A DNA stretch of 30,615 nt, taken from the IMG/VR virus record IMGVR_UViG_3300032270_000254, positions 1-30,615 of that record; one strand, 5' to 3'. Under the pieces are notes generated by a model. It made no database searches. It had not been told where the DNA came from and was given only the letters and a program-made list of their open reading frames with translations. A program made the translations under genes and the position numbers. The DNA comes from a virus (taxonomy: Duplodnaviria; Caudoviricetes). Shown here piece by piece: positions 6,817 through 15,595 of this stretch; the stretch's first letter is position 1; every line of letters starts with the position of its first letter.

Positions 6817-7575
6817 ATGAAAAAAGAAGCTTATTACTTTTCGCACGATGCCAACGCAAAGGACGATGTAAAGATTTTACAATTACGAATGGAAATGGGC
6901 TGGGAAGGTTACGGTCTTTTTTGGGCCTTAATTGAGATGCTTAGAAATGAATCTGAATTCCGTATGCTTAAGCATTACAAAAGCATTGCATTTGCATTGC
7001 ATACGCATGAAGATAGCATTAAAAAGCTTATTAATGATTTTGATTTGTTCCAGTTAGATGAACAATATTTTTGGTCGGAAAGTCTTTTAAAGCGTATGGA
7101 ATTAAAAGAAGAGCGCTCCGAAAAGATGCGAGAAGCGGCCAAAAAACGCTGGAATAAAGATATTGATGCAAATGCAATGCAAATGCATAGCTTAAGCAAT
7201 GCACAAGCAATGCAATTAAAGGAAAAGAAAGGAAAGGAAATAAAAGAAAAAGAAATAAAAGGAAATGAAAATAAATTAAATGAGGAGTCACACAATCAAA
7301 TTTTCCGAGATTTATGGAATAATATGATTTGGTTGGAAAGTATGGCAATGAAGCACAAGGCAACAATTGACCAGGTAAGAAATCATTTAAATGAATTTAG
7401 GCAAGAATGCATATTAAAAGCTGAATTTAAGGTAAGCGAAAAAGACGCGAAAGAACACTTTTTTAATTGGATAAAAAGAGGGAATCCAATTGAAATAAAA
7501 CAAGAAAAAAGTCGAAACGTTTTCGACGAAATTTATGAAGATTTGCAACGACAAAAACTCCTAAAAAATGAATGA
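6817..7575 (+). CDS. Replication initiator protein, DUF4373 (Lin1244/Lin1753-like) N-terminal domain
   Basis: YYFSHDANAxDDxKI...GWEGYGLFWALIEML; RSExxRxAAxxRW; low-complexity linker. Start at ATG 6817, since the track extension from 6721 is the RNA leader. Confidence 0.8.
   Translation: MKKEAYYFSHDANAKDDVKILQLRMEMGWEGYGLFWALIEMLRNESEFRMLKHYKSIAFALHTHEDSIKKLINDFDLFQLDEQYFWSESLLKRMELKEERSEKMREAAKKRWNKDIDANAMQMHSLSNAQAMQLKEKKGKEIKEKEIKGNENKLNEESHNQIFRDLWNNMIWLESMAMKHKATIDQVRNHLNEFRQECILKAEFKVSEKDAKEHFFNWIKRGNPIEIKQEKSRNVFDEIYEDLQRQKLLKNE
6964..7282. repeat. Iteron-like repeats and purine-rich tract; putative replication origin
   Basis: Clusters of (A)ATGCA/TGCAT(T) repeats; 16-bp inverted pair 6987-7002 / 7172-7187; GCTTAAGC palindromes at 6966 and 7190; A/G-rich run at ~7217-7282. 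Confidence 0.65.
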
Positions 7576-8197
7576 GATAATTTTAACGCACCTCCGCAAA
7601 ATGGAATTTGTTTGCGGTCTAAAGCAATTTAAAGAATACAAAAAAGAAGAGGCTAACGAGTTGCTCGAATGCCTAAGCAAATTGTTTGGCTCTTATGGCT
7701 GGATGACTGACGCGAGAGTTGATTACATTTTACACGCTGGTATGAGAGGCCAATACGGCGAATTTTACCACGTTAACGAGAAGACTGTGAGCGTTTGGAT
7801 TAATCAATATTACGCACACCACCAAAGCCAAATTGTCCAGGAAGTCCAGGCGTTAAACAACAAAGAGCGCGAATACAGCAACGAGGAAATTGAACATTGG
7901 AAGGAAATTGGACGCCAAACCTTTCGCGATAATTACCAGCACGCCAAAGAAACTGGAACTTGCAGACACATTGCCGACTGGGGTATATACTGGTTTAACA
8001 GATTTCAAGAAAAAGGAATTTTAAAGCCTTGGGATTTCAACGTTGAAGAATTAGAAACCGACGTTCGCCGAGAATTGCGCTTAACAACTAGGTACGTTGA
8101 AGAATCAACAGTTGGGGCCAAGACAAAGAATAAGATTTGGAAATTGTTTATTTTGGACGCGATTAAGGAGAATAAAAATTTAGATAAACTAATATGA
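7568..8197 (+). CDS. Hypothetical protein, possibly a helicase-loader analogue
   Basis: Overlaps the initiator stop, in the position of lambda P; no motif recognised. Confidence 0.55.
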   Translation: MNEIILTHLRKMEFVCGLKQFKEYKKEEANELLECLSKLFGSYGWMTDARVDYILHAGMRGQYGEFYHVNEKTVSVWINQYYAHHQSQIVQEVQALNNKEREYSNEEIEHWKEIGRQTFRDNYQHAKETGTCRHIADWGIYWFNRFQEKGILKPWDFNVEELETDVRRELRLTTRYVEESTVGAKTKNKIWKLFILDAIKENKNLDKLI

Positions 8198-8451
8198 AAA
8201 AGAAAGAAAATGTAAATGATGATTACGGATATTTGGTTTTGTACGAAACTAACCCAAATAGAATAAATGGAGCAACTCAAAAATTTGATGCTCATTTAAT
8301 TACAAATGACCAATTTGAAAATCATAAAAACGAAGATTTTGAATTTCTTAAAAGATTTGCTTTAGAGAAAATGACTAAAATATTTTTTATTAAAGCAACA
8401 GAACCAATTGTTAAAATAATTCCTGAGGTTAAAGTCACTTTAAACAAATAA
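8194..8451 (+). CDS. AT-rich hypothetical protein
   Basis: 85-aa ORF overlapping the upstream stop. Confidence 0.55.
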   Translation: MKKKENVNDDYGYLVLYETNPNRINGATQKFDAHLITNDQFENHKNEDFEFLKRFALEKMTKIFFIKATEPIVKIIPEVKVTLNK

Positions 8452-8463
8452 AACAAAACGATT

Positions 8464-8754
8464 ATGAGCAAGATTTACGGCGGTAACGCAAAAATGATTA
8501 CAACAAAGTATGGCGATTTATGGACAATTAGCCAGTCAAGAAAAGACTTGGAAACGCTTTTAAAATACCTAAACGACAATGATTGTGAATGGGTCAATTC
8601 ATCGGTAAAAGAAAAGCAAGAAAAAGTAGAAGGCAAGGCGACGCATTATTTGGAAGTTTACCAAAGGGAAGCCGTACAAGTGGCGAATAAAAACGAGGCC
8701 AATTTTAAGCCCCTAGAAAAGAGAATTTTTGAAAACGACGCATTACCATTTTAA
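8464..8754 (+). CDS. Putative small ssDNA-binding protein
   Basis: 96 aa, predicted beta-rich core, C-terminal ENDALPF resembling the SSB acidic tip; in the replication module. Confidence 0.55.
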   Translation: MSKIYGGNAKMITTKYGDLWTISQSRKDLETLLKYLNDNDCEWVNSSVKEKQEKVEGKATHYLEVYQREAVQVANKNEANFKPLEKRIFENDALPF

Positions 8755-8904
8755 ATGAAAAAAAACGATTTATATGCAATTTTTGTGGCGCTTGTAGGGA
8801 TTACCCTACTTGCGTTGCTAAAGATTTCTAGCCTACTGCTATTTGTAGTATTGTTGGCAATTTGGACGTTGGCTTGGTCTTGGATTTTTAACCGTTGTAA
8901 ATGA
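8755..8904 (+). CDS. 49-aa hydrophobic membrane protein; not in the ORF track
   Basis: MKKNDLYAIFVALVGITLLALLKISSLLLFVVLLAIWTLAWSWIFNRCK; fills the gap with an ATGA overlap. Confidence 0.65.
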   Translation: MKKNDLYAIFVALVGITLLALLKISSLLLFVVLLAIWTLAWSWIFNRCK

Positions 8905-9242
8905 TTGTTTTTAAAATAAACGAAAAGCCTTTAAGCGTCAATTCAGCGTGGCAAGGGAAACGTTTTAAAACGCCTATTTACAAAGAATACGAAAAGGCAA
9001 TGCTTTTGCAAATGCCACCAAAAATTATTGATCCTAACCAAATGCTCAGAGTTGAGTTTTTTTTTGGATTTAGCAACCAGGCGAGTGACTTGGACAACCC
9101 AGTTAAATTATTAATGGACATTGCACAAAAAAAATACGGCTTTAACGATTCAAAAGTTTTCGAGTTAAACGTGCGCAAATGCATTGTAAAGAAAGGCGAC
9201 GAATTTATACAAATGGGCATTTATAATTTATTGCCGTTTTAA
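8901..9242 (+). CDS. rusA: RusA-family Holliday junction resolvase
   Basis: PLSVN near the N-terminus, DLDNPVKLLMD and NDSKV catalytic motifs. Confidence 0.88.
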   Translation: MIVFKINEKPLSVNSAWQGKRFKTPIYKEYEKAMLLQMPPKIIDPNQMLRVEFFFGFSNQASDLDNPVKLLMDIAQKKYGFNDSKVFELNVRKCIVKKGDEFIQMGIYNLLPF

Positions 9243-9246
9243 AAAT

Positions 9247-10101
9247 ATGAAAATAATTAATTCATTAAGTGGAGGAAAAACCTCGTCCTATATGGCAATT
9301 CATTATCCAGCTGACGTAAATATTTTTGCTTGCGTTTGTATTGATGATCAAAATTGTATGCCAAAAGATTTAACTGTTTTAGCCTATGCTCAAAACAAAT
9401 TGAATGGAAATTTTATTGCATCTGCTGAATCAGAAAAGACTTTAAAAATTATGATGCAATTGGAGCAAAAAATAGGCAAGGAAATAATTTGGGTTAGAGG
9501 TAAAAGTTTTGATCAAATAATTGATAATGCTGGTTGTTTGCCTACTTGGAATAGAAGATTTTGTACAACTGATATGAAAATTAAACCAATGACGGAATAT
9601 ATTTATTACAGATATGGGATTGTTAAAGAGCAAATTGGATTCAGATATGACGAGCTGCAAAGAGCGTATGAAATTAAAAAAGATGAAAAACCTAAATTAA
9701 AAATTGAAAAATATTTTGATTTTGCAACGGACACGTCTTTGACTGGAAATAAACGTAATAAATGGACAAAAAATGTTTTAGTTTCTTACAAGTCATATCC
9801 TTTAATAACTAATAGGATTGAAAAATATGAAATAGAAAAATATTGGCAAAAATTTCCTGAATTTAATTTTCCTGAAGATAGCAATTGTCAAGGATGCCAC
9901 CATAAAAGTCCAAAACTGATAAAACAAAATTTTCTTAAAGAGCCAAATATTTTAGAATGGTTTGCAAAGCAAGAGGAAAAAGGAAAATATAATACTTGGC
10001 ATGATGATATGATCCCATATCGTAAAAAGTTTAAAATGGAATTTACTGGCGAATTTGATTTTGCTGGTACATCATGCGACATGGGAGGATGCACAGATTA
10101 A
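9247..10101 (+). CDS. PAPS-reductase-like (PP-loop adenine nucleotide alpha-hydrolase) protein
   Basis: SLSGGKTS PP-loop, RFCTxxMKIKP, IGFRxDE, NCxGC, C-terminal SCDxGGC. Confidence 0.8.
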   Translation: MKIINSLSGGKTSSYMAIHYPADVNIFACVCIDDQNCMPKDLTVLAYAQNKLNGNFIASAESEKTLKIMMQLEQKIGKEIIWVRGKSFDQIIDNAGCLPTWNRRFCTTDMKIKPMTEYIYYRYGIVKEQIGFRYDELQRAYEIKKDEKPKLKIEKYFDFATDTSLTGNKRNKWTKNVLVSYKSYPLITNRIEKYEIEKYWQKFPEFNFPEDSNCQGCHHKSPKLIKQNFLKEPNILEWFAKQEEKGKYNTWHDDMIPYRKKFKMEFTGEFDFAGTSCDMGGCTD

Positions 10102-10121
10102 ACAAAAATCTTGTTTTTAAC

Positions 10122-10149
10122 TTGTATTATTATCGCAACCTTATATTTG
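10122..10149 (+). promoter_or_regulatory. Bacteroidota primary-sigma promoter
   Basis: TTG (10122-10124), 17-nt spacer, TATATTTG (10142-10149). Confidence 0.7.
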
Positions 10150-10165
10150 CGTAAAGATTAAACAA

Positions 10166-10369
10166 ATGAGCATTTACGAAGGTCTGTTAATAAAGAAAGC
10201 ACGCAAGCAAGCTGGTTACAACCAATTAGATTTGTGCAAGAAAATTGGATTAAGTCACGCGCCAATAAACCACGTTGAGAATGGTTTAGAGTCGATTAGC
10301 CTTTTGAATTTGCGTAAAATTTGCGACGAAATTGGTTTGGAGGTTGTAATAAAGCGAAAAGATGGCTAA
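10166..10369 (+). CDS. XRE/Cro-family HTH transcriptional regulator
   Basis: IKKARKQAGYNQLDLCKKIGLS...INHVENG...LRKICDEIG. Confidence 0.9.
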   Translation: MSIYEGLLIKKARKQAGYNQLDLCKKIGLSHAPINHVENGLESISLLNLRKICDEIGLEVVIKRKDG

Positions 10370-10613
10370 AGGTTACCCAATCACAAAGCCTGATTATTCT
10401 TTGGAAATTCGTTACCGTCTAAGGGATGGCAACTGGTCACAATGGTCAAACAAAGGAAAAGGTAAATTTGAGTGCATTGAACTTGTACAAAGGCAAATAA
10501 GGACATTGGCAGCCGCTTACCAAGGACGAGAAAAAGAGGTTCGTTTTGAATGGAATGGCAAACTTTGTAATTTTATAGGTCAGCCAACAAATCAAACAAT
10601 TTTATTAATGTAG
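10362..10613 (+). CDS. Hypothetical protein
   Basis: 83-aa ORF overlapping the XRE gene. Confidence 0.65.
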   Translation: MAKGYPITKPDYSLEIRYRLRDGNWSQWSNKGKGKFECIELVQRQIRTLAAAYQGREKEVRFEWNGKLCNFIGQPTNQTILLM

Positions 10614-10638
10614 TTATTTTGGGTTTGTTGATGTTTAA

Positions 10639-10668
10639 AAGGCTTGGGTTTTGCTCAAGCTTTTTTTT
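10639..10668 (+). terminator. Rho-independent terminator
   Basis: GCTTGGG/CTCAAGC stem (one G-U pair) followed by T8. Confidence 0.75.
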
Positions 10669-10690
10669 CTAACTTTAAAAAAAAATAAAA

Positions 10691-11251
10691 ATGCAGATCA
10701 ATGATTTAGGTTTTTGGGAGACAACAGACCAAACAGGACACATTCACGACCTTAGCATATCCGCTGCATTATGCAAGTACTTAGCCGATAAGAAAGCCAC
10801 AACAGTTGTCGACTTTGGATGTGGTTTAGGTGACTACGCAAAGGCTTTTAAAGCGGAAGGTTACAAAGTGGAGGCATACGATGGAAATCCAAATACCGAA
10901 ACCTTAAGCGGTGGAATTGCAAAGGTGCTGGACCTATCTAAACAATTTTATTTGGGTAAAAAATTTGATGTTGTTTTGTCTTTAGAGGTTGGCGAGCATA
11001 TCCCAGCGGAATTTGAGGACCAATTTATTGACAACATAACCAAGCACGCAAAAAAGCATTTGGTTATAAGTTGGGCAATTGAGGGACAAGGGGGCAGCGG
11101 ACACGTCAATTGCAGAAATAATAATTATATTATTGGGCAAATTGAGGACCGCGGATTTAAATTTAATTTTAACGACAGCGAAAAGATAAGAAAGGCCGCA
11201 ACAAATGCGTCGTGGTTTGGATACACAATTATGGTATTTGATAAGGTCTAA
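10691..11251 (+). CDS. Class I SAM-dependent methyltransferase (small-molecule/sugar type)
   Basis: VVDFGCGLG motif I, FDVVLSLEVGEHI, GQGGSGHVNC; no DPPY/NPPY or PC motif of DNA methyltransferases. Confidence 0.85.
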   Translation: MQINDLGFWETTDQTGHIHDLSISAALCKYLADKKATTVVDFGCGLGDYAKAFKAEGYKVEAYDGNPNTETLSGGIAKVLDLSKQFYLGKKFDVVLSLEVGEHIPAEFEDQFIDNITKHAKKHLVISWAIEGQGGSGHVNCRNNNYIIGQIEDRGFKFNFNDSEKIRKAATNASWFGYTIMVFDKV

Positions 11252-11270
11252 TTTCGATTAGACTTTTTTT

Positions 11271-11278
11271 TATCTTTG
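11271..11278 (+). promoter_or_regulatory. Bacteroidota -7 element upstream of the terminase genes
   Basis: TATCTTTG, 23 nt before the ATG at 11302. Confidence 0.55.
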
Positions 11279-11301
11279 ACTGAATAAACAGTTTATTTCA
11301 C

Positions 11302-11559
11302 ATGGGACAAAATGGAGGCGTAAGGCCAGGCGCTGGCAGAAAGCCAAAGGCAGACGAAATAAAAATAATTGAGCAAATGGACGCGATTGCCGTACCTGAG
11401 GACGCTTGGCGCGCGCTTTGGGAAAAGTGCCAGGACGGCGACATTCAAGCAATTAAATGCTGGCTTAATTATCGTTTTGGAATGCCTAAGCAAGTCGTTG
11501 ACGTAACAACCCAGGGCGAAAAAGTAACGCCGCCAATCGAATGGATAAAATCCAAATAA
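11302..11559 (+). CDS. terS: Terminase small subunit (putative)
   Basis: GGxRPGAGRK N-terminal motif and GDxxAIK helix; directly upstream of and overlapping terL. Confidence 0.7.
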   Translation: MGQNGGVRPGAGRKPKADEIKIIEQMDAIAVPEDAWRALWEKCQDGDIQAIKCWLNYRFGMPKQVVDVTTQGEKVTPPIEWIKSK

Positions 11560-12758
11560 TTGACAAATACGAACCGTTATTTTTAGAGACGCCTAAAACC
11601 CGTTATTATCTTATAACTGGCGGTCGTGGTTCGGGGAAGTCTTGGACCTTGTCCATGTTTCTGTTAAACCTAACTTATGAGGAGGGCCACGTTATCCTGT
11701 TTACTCGTTGGACGTTGACGAGTGCGTTTATTTCAATTATCCCCGAATTTATCGACAAAATAGAGTTGATGAATAAGGCGGACGACTTTGAAATTACCCA
11801 AAGCGAGATTATAAATAAGGCCACAGGATCAAAGATTTTATTTAGAGGGATTAAGACCAGCCAAGGCACCGCAACGGCTAACTTGAAATCAATTGCTGGC
11901 GTTACAACATTTATTTTGGACGAATCGGAGGAATTAATGGACGAGGACGTTTTTGACCGAATCGACCTTTCAATTCGTGCCGTAAATAAGCCAAACCGCG
12001 TTATTTTGGTAATGAATCCAAGTTACAAAAGTCATTGGATTTATAACAGATTTGTAAAGCATACGCGCAGCGATACCAGTTACATCCATACAACTTACTT
12101 GGACAACGAGCATAATTTAAGCCAGTCATTTATTGACCAGGCAAAGCGAGTTAATCAAGAAAACGAACACCGTTACGAGCATTTATTTTTAGGTAAATGG
12201 CTAGACGATGCCGAAGGATTGCTTTGGAATCGGCCAATAATTGAACGAGCAAGGGTAAGCGCAAAACCTGAATTGTCACGCATTGTGGTTGCCATTGATC
12301 CAGCGACGACCGCATTAATGGGCAGCGACGAAACTGGTATAATGGTTTGCGGAAAAGACGTCAACGGCAAAGGTTACGTTTTAGAGGACCTTAGCGGTAA
12401 ATATTCGCCAACGGAATGGGCAACAGTTGCATTGCAAGCGTTTAAAAATTGGAATGCTGATTGCGTGGTTGCTGAAAAAAACCAAGGCGGTGACATGGTC
12501 GAAAACGTTTTGAGGTCGCAAAACACGACCGCAAGAATAAAACTTGTAACCGCAACAAAAGGGAAATTTGTAAGGGCAGAGCCAATTTATTCGCTTTATG
12601 AGCAACACAAAATTTTCCATGTTGGCAGTTTCCCATTGCTAGAAAACCAAATGATTACCTTTGAACCTGACAAAGGCAAATCCCCTGATCGGGTCGACGC
12701 AATGGTTTGGGGATTTACCGAATTAATGTTAACAAGCCAAGATTTTTGGCACGTTTAG
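11541..12758 (+). CDS. terL: Terminase large subunit
   Basis: Walker A GGRGSGKS, Walker B FILDESEE, nuclease motifs VAIDPA...SDETG...SPDRVDA. Confidence 0.95.
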   Translation: MDKIQIIDKYEPLFLETPKTRYYLITGGRGSGKSWTLSMFLLNLTYEEGHVILFTRWTLTSAFISIIPEFIDKIELMNKADDFEITQSEIINKATGSKILFRGIKTSQGTATANLKSIAGVTTFILDESEELMDEDVFDRIDLSIRAVNKPNRVILVMNPSYKSHWIYNRFVKHTRSDTSYIHTTYLDNEHNLSQSFIDQAKRVNQENEHRYEHLFLGKWLDDAEGLLWNRPIIERARVSAKPELSRIVVAIDPATTALMGSDETGIMVCGKDVNGKGYVLEDLSGKYSPTEWATVALQAFKNWNADCVVAEKNQGGDMVENVLRSQNTTARIKLVTATKGKFVRAEPIYSLYEQHKIFHVGSFPLLENQMITFEPDKGKSPDRVDAMVWGFTELMLTSQDFWHV

Positions 12759-12760
12759 AA

Positions 12761-12805
12761 TATTGAATCATTTTTTTATTTTATTACCCTATTTTTACAA
12801 AAAAA
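12761..12805 (+). promoter_or_regulatory. Candidate late promoter, weaker copy of the TATTTTTA motif
   Basis: TATTG, T-tract, then CCTATTTTTACAAAAAAA upstream of the portal gene. Confidence 0.4.
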
Positions 12806-12814
12806 GCAAACGGA

Positions 12815-14191
12815 ATGAATTACATTGATAGAATTAAAGCAGCGCTAGGCTTTAACCAAAAAGATTCCACATATTTAAACGCGGTTTTCCCTTACTTGGG
12901 AAACAACGTGATTTGGACCGCACCAACAACGCAAAATTTTATCGAAAAAGGTCTTTACCTTAACTCTGACCTTTACGCAATTATCAACCTAATCATTAAT
13001 AAAGTAAGCACGGCGCCAATTGTTGTTTATGAAGTAAAGGACCAAAAGGCATTGAATTACTATAAATCAATGTCTCGGAACTTTGACAACTCAGGCGCTA
13101 AATTCCAGGCCGAGCGACTTAAAACAAAGGCATTGGAAGAGGTGCATATTCCTGAACTTGAAAAGTTATTTAAAAAGCCAAACGAATTCCAAACTTGGGA
13201 CAACCTTTTAAAGGAAATTGCGGCATTTCGTCTAATTACTGGCAACGCTTACATCTACGGCGCTAGACGTGGCGAGCAACCAAACGCTCCAATTATTGCG
13301 TTGTACTCTTTGCCAGCGCAATACATGGAAATTATAAGCGGTGGATTAAACCAACCGATTAAGGAATACCGATTAACCTATAACGGTTACGAGCGCATAA
13401 ATGCCAATAACGTTGGTCACCTAAAAAACATTAATTTAAGTTATACCGCTGGAACCGCTAACCATCTTTATGGCGCCTCACCTTTGCGGTCCGCCGTTCG
13501 TGATTTAACCACCTCTAACGATGGCAAGCAAGCGCTTTTGTCTATGCTCCAAAACATGGGTGCGCGCGGTATTTTAACAGGAGACGGAACGGTAAACATT
13601 ACACGCGAGCAAGCGCAAGGTCTTAAAGAAGATTACGCGGCAAATTACCAGGGCGCAAACAGAGCGGGCGACGTAATTATTACGCCAGCAAAATTGTCTT
13701 GGGTACAAATGGGAATGAACGCTGTTGATATGTCAATCATTGACACACAAAAAGTAATTTTACGCTCTTTATGTCGCGTTTACGGCGTCGATGCTAAGTT
13801 ACTTGGCGATACTGAAGCCAGCACGTTTAACAATACAGAAACGGCTTACAGGGCTTTAATTAATAACGTTGTAAGACCTTTGCATATTGAAATAAGGGAC
13901 GTGCTAAACAATTGGCTTTTGACATCATACGGTAACAAAAATCTTTTTTTGGATTTTGATTACATGGCTTATCCTGAAATGCAAGACGACATGGATAAGC
14001 TTGTAAATCAATTGTCCCAGGCTTGGTGGTTAACTCCAAACGAAAAGCGTGCAGCCATGAATTACGGACTTTATGAAAATATTTTGATGGAACAACCGTT
14101 TATCCCCCAGGGATTAATGACCTTGTCCGAGTTTTCCGAGCAACCTATTGACGACGTAGACAATTTGGGAGATTATGCCCAATCCAACTAA
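12815..14191 (+). CDS. HK97-family portal protein
   Basis: GNAYIY, LYGASPL, LCRVYGV..KLLG, TFNNTE, LTPNEKRA motifs; follows terL. Confidence 0.93.
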   Translation: MNYIDRIKAALGFNQKDSTYLNAVFPYLGNNVIWTAPTTQNFIEKGLYLNSDLYAIINLIINKVSTAPIVVYEVKDQKALNYYKSMSRNFDNSGAKFQAERLKTKALEEVHIPELEKLFKKPNEFQTWDNLLKEIAAFRLITGNAYIYGARRGEQPNAPIIALYSLPAQYMEIISGGLNQPIKEYRLTYNGYERINANNVGHLKNINLSYTAGTANHLYGASPLRSAVRDLTTSNDGKQALLSMLQNMGARGILTGDGTVNITREQAQGLKEDYAANYQGANRAGDVIITPAKLSWVQMGMNAVDMSIIDTQKVILRSLCRVYGVDAKLLGDTEASTFNNTETAYRALINNVVRPLHIEIRDVLNNWLLTSYGNKNLFLDFDYMAYPEMQDDMDKLVNQLSQAWWLTPNEKRAAMNYGLYENILMEQPFIPQGLMTLSEFSEQPIDDVDNLGDYAQSN

Positions 14192-14966
14192 AAAAGATTT
14201 AGCGCTTGCAAAGCAATTGGATGCATTGCAAAGACGTTACGAAAAGCGCTACGAAAAGCAAATTTACACGGCTTTAAAAAAGCAAATGCAACCGTATTTG
14301 GATGCTATTAAACAGGCGGACGGAAATATTAACCGCTTTGATTTAATAACGCCAGCGCCTTTGGCTGACACCTTGGAAAACCTTTACGTTGTGGCTGGCA
14401 CCGCTTACGCCGAGGCAATTTATAACGCAATCCAACCGCCAACAAAAGCAACTAAAGAAGTTTTACGCGCTGGCTGGCGTGACTTTATGCGTTTGTTTGC
14501 AGTTAGAAACTTGCCGCAAACGTTGATAAGCATTAACGAAACCAGCCAAAAGATAATTCGAGCCATTGTACTTGCTGGAATAAATGAAGGCCTTGGCGCC
14601 TTAGAAATAGCCACAAACATTCAACAAAGCATTTCTCTAATATTTAGAAATCGTGCAAAGTTGATTGCTAGGACTGAAATGGTAATAGCAACCAACAACG
14701 CGGCCATGCAATCAGCGGCAACCTCGGATTTTATGTATGAAAAGAAATGGATTCCAGCGACCGACACGCGCACGCGTCCTGATCATGCAGAAATGATGGC
14801 AAAACCTTGGATTCCATTCGACCAAAATTTTATTGTTGGCGGAAATGATATGAGACAACCAGGCGACGGCTCCCAAGGTGCTGGCGCTGACCAAATATGT
14901 AATTGTCGATGCAAGGTTGTTTTTAGAATAATGCGAGACGTTGACGGCTTATTAATTAGAAAATGA
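14175..14966 (+). CDS. Head morphogenesis protein (SPP1 gp7 / Mu gpF family)
   Basis: RAKLIARTE, KKWI...DTRTRPDH, PGD...NCRC. Confidence 0.9.
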   Translation: MPNPTKKDLALAKQLDALQRRYEKRYEKQIYTALKKQMQPYLDAIKQADGNINRFDLITPAPLADTLENLYVVAGTAYAEAIYNAIQPPTKATKEVLRAGWRDFMRLFAVRNLPQTLISINETSQKIIRAIVLAGINEGLGALEIATNIQQSISLIFRNRAKLIARTEMVIATNNAAMQSAATSDFMYEKKWIPATDTRTRPDHAEMMAKPWIPFDQNFIVGGNDMRQPGDGSQGAGADQICNCRCKVVFRIMRDVDGLLIRK

Positions 14967-15541
14967 TTGCTTACGTTATAAACTTGGACCATCGCAAAGA
15001 CAAATGGCGTGCGTCAATGCAAGAATTGTCCCCGCATTTTAATTTGGAACGAGTAAGCGCAATTAAACACGAATGGGGCTGGCTTGGATTATGGCAAACT
15101 TTCAAAAAAATATTTCAAGAATGCAACGGCGACGTTTTAATATTTGAGGACGACGCAACGTTTAGAGGTTGGGCGACTAATTTACAAAACGCAATAAATG
15201 ACTTGCCAGCCGACTGGGATATGTTAATGCTTGGGGCTAATATAAAAGATTCAAGAATTGACCGAATAAGTAAACAATTGGTTAGGACTTACGGCGCTTG
15301 GACAACGCACGCAATACTTTATTCGCATCGCTTTGCAAAGGAAATGGCAAAACTAGATTTAGACGTGCCAATTGACGAATATTTTAGGACAAAGGTCCAT
15401 CCTAAAGGCAACTCTTATATTTGCGTGCCATTCCTATCTTTTCAAAGACCAAGTGAAAGCGACATTGAGGGTAGTTATAAAAATTATACAAGTATATTTG
15501 AAGAAAGCGAAAACAAAGCAATGCATTTTATTAATCAATAA
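14963..15541 (+). CDS. Glycosyltransferase family 25-like (GT-A fold)
   Basis: YVINLxxRxDK, LIFEDDA, WDMLMLG, THAILY, PIDEY. Confidence 0.85.
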   Translation: MIAYVINLDHRKDKWRASMQELSPHFNLERVSAIKHEWGWLGLWQTFKKIFQECNGDVLIFEDDATFRGWATNLQNAINDLPADWDMLMLGANIKDSRIDRISKQLVRTYGAWTTHAILYSHRFAKEMAKLDLDVPIDEYFRTKVHPKGNSYICVPFLSFQRPSESDIEGSYKNYTSIFEESENKAMHFINQ

Positions 15542-15590
15542 TTTTATTGGTTTGCTTTTTTTTTGTAGCCTTTTATTTTTACAAAAAAAC
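15541..15590 (+). promoter_or_regulatory. Candidate late promoter (copy 1)
   Basis: 40/50 ungapped identity with 20852-20901; TTG, 19-nt spacer, TATTTTTA. Confidence 0.6.
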
Positions 15591-15595
15591 CGACA

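Noticed and set aside
9247-10101. Auxiliary sulfur-assimilation gene cysH or a complete Dnd system
   Set aside because: The Cys pattern and C-terminus differ from canonical CysH (no ECGLH), and no other dnd or cys genes are present.
10691-11251. DNA methyltransferase explaining the k-mer biases
   Set aside because: It lacks DPPY/NPPY or PC catalytic motifs and looks like a small-molecule/sugar methyltransferase.
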